NCBI GenBank assembly: GCA_951406725.2
Contig: OX597819.1
Span: 93,248,001-93,312,000, forward strand
DNA length: 64,000 nt
From: Octopus vulgaris
Lineage: Eukaryota
Direction of reading: 5' to 3'
Shown here: piece after piece, positions 55,784-64,000 of the stretch
How the letters are laid out: every line of letters starts with the position of its first letter
Numbering within the stretch: position 1 is the first letter of the stretch
Made by a program: the position numbers and the translations under genes
The notes under the pieces: generated by a model
What the model saw: only the letters and a program-made list of their open reading frames with translations
Databases searched by the model: none
Told to the model about the DNA's origin: nothing

Positions 55784-55842
55784 ATTCCAGATCCTGGATC
55801 TCTGACTCTGCATAAGAAGTTCTCTGCCTTCATCAGTGGAAT
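55784..55842 (-). ncRNA. Type I hammerhead-like motif with one core substitution
   Basis: Minus strand reads attcca-CTGATGA-a-ggc...gtc-a-GAGA-tccagga-TC-tggaat: 6-bp stem I, near-palindromic stem III, GAAA changed to GAGA. Confidence 0.6.
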
Positions 55843-55865
55843 ATACGCAGATACCACCTAAATAC

Positions 55866-55898
<33 letters not shown>

Positions 55899-55901
<3 letters not shown>

Positions 55902-56132
55902 TTCTTTACTGCCCACAAGGGGCTAAACACAGAGGGGACAAACAAGGACAGACAAACGGATTAAGTTGATTACATCGACCCCAGTGCGTAACTGGTACTT
56001 AATTTATCGACCCCGAAAGGATGAAAGGCAAAGTCGACCTCGGCGGAATTTGAACTCAGAACGTAACGGCAGACGAAATACGGCTACGTATTTCGCCCGG
56101 CGTGCTAACGTTTCTGCCAGCTCGCCGCCTTT
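55899..56132 (-). mobile_element. Full-length, young SINE family A copy in (AT)n
   Basis: Near-identical to 40328-40562 in reverse complement; an older copy lies at ~56855-57060. Confidence 0.92.
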
Positions 56133-56136
56133 CGAG

Positions 56137-56221
<85 letters not shown>

Positions 56222-56336
56222 ACATACGAATACTTACATATACGAACGTATACATACATATATATGCTCGTATGTACACATCCAGTTTAAATTGGCGCCT
56301 AAAACTCCTCGTGCGATAATACAAACAGACAGATAA

Positions 56337-56428
<92 letters not shown>

Positions 56429-57170
56429 TGAGAGAGAGATCGTTGATGATGTTCAGTCCATGCTATTATAAAGCGACCAGACCTTAACAAATTTGCTTAA
56501 TTCTGGCTGATAAGGGCTAAACAACAAAAGCAACAACAACAAAACTCAAATTTCTCCATATACTGAGTGCAAAGCCTTTGAGGCAGAATTAGCAGCCAAA
56601 TCTGCCTCAGACCAGAAAGTTGTATGTCTAGGAAGAGGATACTTTTGCCTTGATCGGAAGTATTGGTATAGAATAACTTTGTTGATAGCACTCAAAATTG
56701 ATGACGAAGATGCATATTGAAATATTTACTATATAGTTTCAGACGACAAACTATAGAGTTTCGATCGTGCCCCAGGAATCATCAGTTATTTTGTATGACA
56801 CGTTATGAATGACACCTCGTGACTGTAATTGGAATTCCGAAATTTACTATGACTTCAAATTTTGACACAAGACCAACAATTTCGGAGGAGAGGGCAAGCC
56901 GATTACCTGGATCACAATGCTCAACTCGCACTTATTTTATCGACCCCGAAAGGATGAAAGGCAAAGTCGACCTCAGAACGGAATTCAAACCTAGAACATA
57001 TAGACGGACAAAATGGCGCTAAGTATTTCGCTGATGTGCTAAACCTTCTGCCACCTCGATGCCTTGAATTTTGAAATTTAAAACACTGACTAAACACGGA
57101 TTCCCCCAGCAATATATGTAAAGATTTTTTGGATATTTATAAATACACTCGCACGTACACATACACACAC

Positions 57171-57225
<55 letters not shown>

Positions 57226-57683
57226 TTTATCTTTCTTCCTATTCGTCTTCATACATATATTTTATCTTTTACTTGTTTCAGTTACTGGACTGCGACCATG
57301 CTGCAGCAGTGCTCATTTGTATGTGTTTGTTCGTATGTATGTGTGTGTGTGTATATATATAGGCTGTGTGGGATGAGGCTTGATTTCCAACTACATGGGA
57401 CCGAGTTCAGTCACATTGCATGGCAACTTGGGCAAGTGTCTTCTACTTGGGCTGACCAAAGCCATGTGAGTGAATTTGGTAGCCGGAAACTAAAAGAAGA
57501 TTGTTGTATATATATATGTGTGTGTGTCTATTTATGCAGAATCTATTTACACATAAATAGATAGATATACATACATACATATATACATACATACATACAT
57601 ACATACATACATACATACATACATACACCCATATATACATACATACATACATACATACATACATACATACATACATACATACA

Positions 57684-57717
<34 letters not shown>

Positions 57718-58223
57718 ATGGATACGTAAACTTTTAGATACAGACAACTATATGCAATACCCATGATGACGACTCCAACACGAGAGGCAAAGTATATACA
57801 AATGAACCTTTGTTTTCTATCCACAAACAAACTGCAGTATCGTTGATTACAATCACCGTAACACTCAGAGTAGCGTAAAACATGTATACATATGTTCTGT
57901 AGTACATTATAGCAATGAAACAAAACACTCTTTAACACACGAGTAATTTTATATATAGTACATATATGTATGTGTGTACCCAAATATACATACATTCAGT
58001 TATTTATATGCGTGTGCACACAAGTGTGTACCCTATTATCTGTGCTAGTTTCTTGGTTCATAAAATATCTTCCATTTTTATCGAATAGACATCTGTTAGT
58101 AGGGAGTTTTCTAATTCATTGTGAACTATTTGCTTTAATAATGCAACAATCAGGTGATTATATACTTCAGGATTCTTCAATTATTTATACACGTATGTCG
58201 GTAGTAATGTATGTATATATATA

Positions 58224-58258
<35 letters not shown>

Positions 58259-58338
58259 TAAGTAACCAGAAGATAGATTTGGTAATCATCATTATTTTGT
58301 ACAACGGTCGTATACACATACACACACATACACGCACG

Positions 58339-58386
<48 letters not shown>

Positions 58387-58539
58387 CATATATATATATT
58401 ATTCACCTGATTTCGCCTTATTCACCTTATATATATATATGTATATAAAATAATTACGATTCAGTTGAATTAGGTACTTGAGTTGAAGCATCAAGTCAGT
58501 CCAGTATTATACGCACACCTTGAAGTGAGGTCAATAAAA

Positions 58540-58842
58540 TCAAAATAAGCAATAGGATATCGGGTGATATTGCAGTACGACCGTTTCAAGTGACTCCATT
58601 CAATTGAACAATGCAATCATTGCATCAATTTAAATACAGTGCTATCTTCAGCTGCAGAAAATATAATAGAATTTTTTAACAAGTAATATTAACGTGTCTT
58701 ACTTGTTAAAAAATTCTCTAGTTTGTGCAGCTGAAGATAACACTGCATTGAAATTGATGTAATGATTACATTATTCAATTAAATGGAGCCGCTTCAAACG
58801 GTCGCACTGCATTACTACTTGATATCCTGTTGCATATTTTGA
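58540..58842. repeat. Foldback: ~147-bp imperfect inverted repeat with a 12-bp spacer
   Basis: Arms 58540-58686 and 58699-58842, e.g. atcttcagctgca / tgcagctgaagat and agaattttttaacaagtaa / ttacttgttaaaaaattct. Confidence 0.88.
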
Positions 58843-59091
58843 CATATATATGTGTGTGTGTGTGTGTATTGAAGCTTCGGGAGAACGTGAAATAATTACT
58901 TTAGGAACGGTTAAACTTAGAGGTAGATAAAGCTATGAATACTAGCGTTTTAATGTTGCGTTAAAGAAATAGAAGGGTGCGTGTATGACACAACCCCACA
59001 TCGTCTACAAACATGACAGGCGTTATACCATTAATCATAACTTTATATGATTCAAGTTTGACTGTTTCAAAAACAATAACACACATGCGCG

Positions 59092-59147
<56 letters not shown>

Positions 59148-59233
59148 AAATAATGAAGGCGGCTATAAGCAATACAAAACCAAAAACGAAAAAGCTTATT
59201 GCGATTATTTGTGACTGATGGTGCAGGGTAGCA

Positions 59234-59276
<43 letters not shown>

Positions 59277-59622
59277 AAATTTAGGTTGCTTCCTATATGT
59301 TTGTAATATATTCCGACTACTAAGAGGCAAATGCACTGCAATAAACACGGAGAATATAGCTCTCTAAAGGTAAAAATAAAGTGTGAAAACACCCGCTTCG
59401 TTCAGTTTCGCTATCTGTTAGGAATCTCAGACATCGATGTTTCAAGCGACATCTCATTGACAACAGCCAAGAAGGGTGAAACATCGATGTCTGGGATGCT
59501 TAATAGATTGTGACACTGAACGAACCGGGTGTTTTCACACCTTTTTACCAAAAGAGAGATGTATTCTCCACGGTAACTGCAGTGTATTTGCCTTTTACAA
59601 CAAATTTCAACTAACCTAAATT
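59277..59622. repeat. Foldback (inverted pLTR pair) with a hammerhead at its centre
   Basis: Arms ~59277-59444 and 59477-59622, e.g. gtgtgaaaacacccg / cgggtgttttcacac. Confidence 0.88.
59450..59498 (+). ncRNA. Type I hammerhead ribozyme, U3-A8 variant, GUC cleavage site
   Basis: catctca-TTGACAA-c-agcc aagaa gggt-GAAA-catcgatg-TC-tgggatg: 7-bp stem I, perfect palindrome acatcgatgt, one stem II mismatch. Confidence 0.75.
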
Positions 59623-59665
59623 CTGTTCTGCCTAAACACTGCTTAGCGCTAACATATATTATATT

Positions 59666-59701
<36 letters not shown>

Positions 59702-59721
59702 AGAACAAAGTGTACGTAAGC

Positions 59722-59755
<34 letters not shown>

Positions 59756-60095
59756 AGAGAGAGAGAGAGAGAGAGAGATAAAATACAAAACTGGACAAAA
59801 ATGCAAAACATCCGGACTACTGGGTGATACAAAAAGAGACAACAAAACATCCAGATAGACGATTCAAAGAAAACAAGGACAGGTCATTCGAATTTTTCTA
59901 TCTTCAGTCAAGAACCACATTATCCTCGCAATTTCGGCTGATTATTCTTGAGATTGCTCCAATCTGGCCAGCCCCAAGGAAAAACTAAGCTAAGAGCCTT
60001 AGATTCTTTGGAAGAAAGCATCGAATATATACAAAAACAAGGACGGAAAAAACAATGTTAGACAAATATAAATACAATAAAAATAATAACAGGAC

Positions 60096-60139
<44 letters not shown>

Positions 60140-61275
60140 AGCCTGAAGCGTAAGTGTACATGATCCTAGGCATTACAACTGTAGATCATTAAAGCGAGGT
60201 ATTAAATTACTGAAATTATACAACGCCACATCAGGTAACCCGTCTATATCATGTCTATATTAATTAAATAAACGGGAAAACTGAACTGGAGTAATTACTA
60301 AATGTTACGGTGTGGATATATATAAGTAATTGAAAAAAACTATTTCATACATGTTTCGTATTGATCCAAACTTAGGCTTCTAAGAGTTTTTCGAAAATCT
60401 GAGTAGCGACAGAGAAAAATATAAGACTGTATACAAATAAACATGCATGGCTGCGTGCATGAGTATGCACGTGAATTTGTACCTGCAAATATGTGCTTGT
60501 GTGATTGTGTGTGTATGTATTTGTGTATGTGTATGTGTGTTGGAGTGTAAAAAAGTGTGTTCGTGTCTCTGTAGCTCTGTGTATTCATTTATATGTATTT
60601 GTGTATGATTTGTGCAAGTGCATGTATGTATGTGTGTATATTTGCATGCAAGACAAATGCGAATAGAACGACATGCAACAGAGTTTGTATCTCGTTGAAC
60701 GCATTTCTACAAAGTGTGTTCATCAGGAACCAGGGTTGAAAAATGTAGAGGATTTCCAGAAATATTGACACTTCTGGTTGGAGCACTTCCGTCACACCTG
60801 ATTTTAGGTATCTCCCGAAGAGGATAAGTCCCTAATTATTACTATGGGATCTTCTCGATTATGGCACAAAAAAAAAACGCTGTAAGAATATTAGGGATTA
60901 GACTCCAGTAATTCAACTTTGAGGAGCAAAAGGACATCCTCGTTAAAGATGTCGATCCAGTTATCATCGTCGGATGCGAGGATAACTGGACTAAAATCGC
61001 CTGTCCTGTAGTCGTTTTACGAGAATAGACGAGAGGATGTTGAATAATTGTTTAGTTCGTGAGTGTATGCAATAAGGTCCACAATATTGTAGACTGTCAT
61101 ATCAAACAGATTGTAATGCAAGGCTTTGATAGGTTATTAGATGTTTGAGTTCAATTTAAAAGCATCCCACATGTTATCAAGCGAAAATATTCACTGCTAT
61201 TTTCTATAAGGTGGTACGTATATTTATGTAACCGTTAGAAAAAAATTTATAGCAGTAACTCGATTAATTCCTAAC

Positions 61276-61320
61276 GATATCTGAAGAAAGAGTTTTTATA
61301 TTCCGAAATGTTATTATATC
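61276..61320 (+). ncRNA. Decayed hammerhead-like motif (same family as 6241)
   Basis: gatat-CTGAAGA-a-agagt ttttat attcc-GAAA-tg-TT-att-atatc. Confidence 0.5.
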
Positions 61321-61419
61321 AGTCTATAAATAATTAAATTATAACAGTTATTGCATTGTTATGCCATTCAAGACACATACATAGATGTATGTTTCACATA
61401 CACATATACATTTTTTTAT

Positions 61420-62466
<1,047 letters not shown>

Positions 62467-62484
62467 TGTATATATATATATATA

Positions 62485-62552
<68 letters not shown>

Positions 62553-62842
62553 GTAGATAGATAGATAGATAGACATACACCACCACCCCCATTTCCCTGT
62601 TCAAGTACACACAGCTTGAACGTTTCCTTATATCTTTTTCTATTTGTTAGTTATGAAAGTTTGCAGAGGAGTCAGCTTGACAATCCTTCAATTCACTACT
62701 GGAAACTGCTACTGTATTTATGGAACCGGAATGACGAACGGCAAAATATATTTAACAAGATTTGAGGATAAAACAGTTCCACAGACTATTTGCATTCAAC
62801 GATGTGATAACTCTGCCAATTCGACACCATAAAAATGTGCGC

Positions 62843-62877
<35 letters not shown>

Positions 62878-63126
62878 CTAGTATTTATTCTATCGGTTTG
62901 TTTTGCCAGAACGTTAAGTTACGGGGAATTAAATCGCAAATAATTAAAATATTTATTTTACTATCGATATTCGTATTACCGTGTATAGTTTGCATAGATT
63001 TACATGTATATGTTAATGTATGTATGTATGTACGTATGTCTGTATGTATGTATGTATGGATGGATGGATGGATGGATGTACGTATGTATATATCTGTATG
63101 CACTGCATACATCCCACATGCACAAC

Positions 63127-63162
<36 letters not shown>

Positions 63163-63385
63163 TACATACATACATACATATATACTTACATACACACACA
63201 CACACACATACACACAATTGTATTAGTGGTTTTTTAAGCTTTCGCTATCATGTTTGGCAAGCTGTTATTTTTACCCGTCTTTTATTTAAATATATCATAT
63301 TATACCTGTTTTAGGTATTCTTGCTAGCCACCTCATTATTACTGTTTTTAACAGTAATAATGCTTCATAATGCGTCATATGTTTA

Positions 63386-63422
<37 letters not shown>

Positions 63423-63425
<3 letters not shown>

Positions 63426-63700
63426 ACTTATTAATAAGGGCAAACGAAAAAATTTCAGATGCCAAATATGCCAAAATTAGACACATTGTCCATAACCATA
63501 TAATTAAGGGAGGAAGGGTTCTTATGAACTAACCCTGAAATCGGTCCGATATGGTAATAACGGAATTTTTTTAGAGATTTCTGTCGACCATTTTCAAGTA
63601 GCGTGCTTATTGTGATTAATTATATGGTTATTGACAATGTGTCTAATTTCGACGTATTTGGCATCTGAAATTTTTTCATTTGCCCTTATTTATAAGTTGT
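63423..63700 (+). repeat. Foldback cassette: ~85-bp inverted arms around a 5'-clipped hammerhead
   Basis: Arms 63423-63507 and 63616-63700. The spacer begins GAGGA-agggtt cttatgaact aaccct-GAAA-tcgg-TC (63510-63546). Confidence 0.85.
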
Positions 63701-64000
63701 TTATAAATTTAACCTTTAATGGTATTTTTAATATGCTCGCCATTGATAAATTTCTTTTTCGAAAAAAAAAAACAGAAAAGAAAAAAAATGTTATCCTACA
63801 TTAGATGTATATACATATATATACATATATATATATATGTATATAAATACATAAACATATATATATATATATGTCGTTGTGCATGTATGATGTATGCAGT
63901 ATGTACAAATAGATACATACATACATGTATATTAACATATACATGTAAATCTATGCAAACTATACACACAAATACGAATATTGATAGTAAAATAAATATT

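Noticed and set aside
59775-60095. Hammerhead in a microsatellite-flanked module (minus strand ggctg...cagcc-GAAA; separate CTGAAGA)
   Set aside because: Core elements are not in the right order or spacing; probably a repeat, but the ribozyme is unsupported.

Overview
AT-rich eukaryotic (animal) DNA saturated with microsatellites and transposable elements. The tRNA-derived SINE families look like those I recognise from Octopus/coleoid cephalopods (inference, no search run). No host protein-coding exon can be supported, and almost all listed ORFs are microsatellite artefacts. The only long intact ORF (25651-26850) is a 5'-truncated Penelope-like element (RT C-terminal half, Cys-rich linker, GIY-YIG endonuclease). 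It is enclosed by ~240-bp inverted pseudo-LTRs, each carrying a minimal type I hammerhead ribozyme (HHR) with a compensatory U3-A8 core. The most striking feature is about 14 HHR-like motifs, intact to decayed, from several unrelated sequence families. Some sit in 280-350-bp foldback cassettes (58.5, 59.3 and 63.4 kb) and two form a 405-bp direct-repeat, retrozyme-like unit (35.6-36.2 kb). Other content: two Tc1 copies sharing a D-to-G change at the first catalytic Asp, a mariner relic, a Helitron relic, a TIR element with internal TTAGGG repeats, CR1/L2-, RTE-, Tx1/L1- and R4/Dong-type LINE fragments (the last clustered at TAA repeats), a possible ORF1-only retroelement, modular and tandem SINEs, and degenerate minisatellites. 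All alignments and folds were done by eye, so boundaries of decayed elements are approximate.
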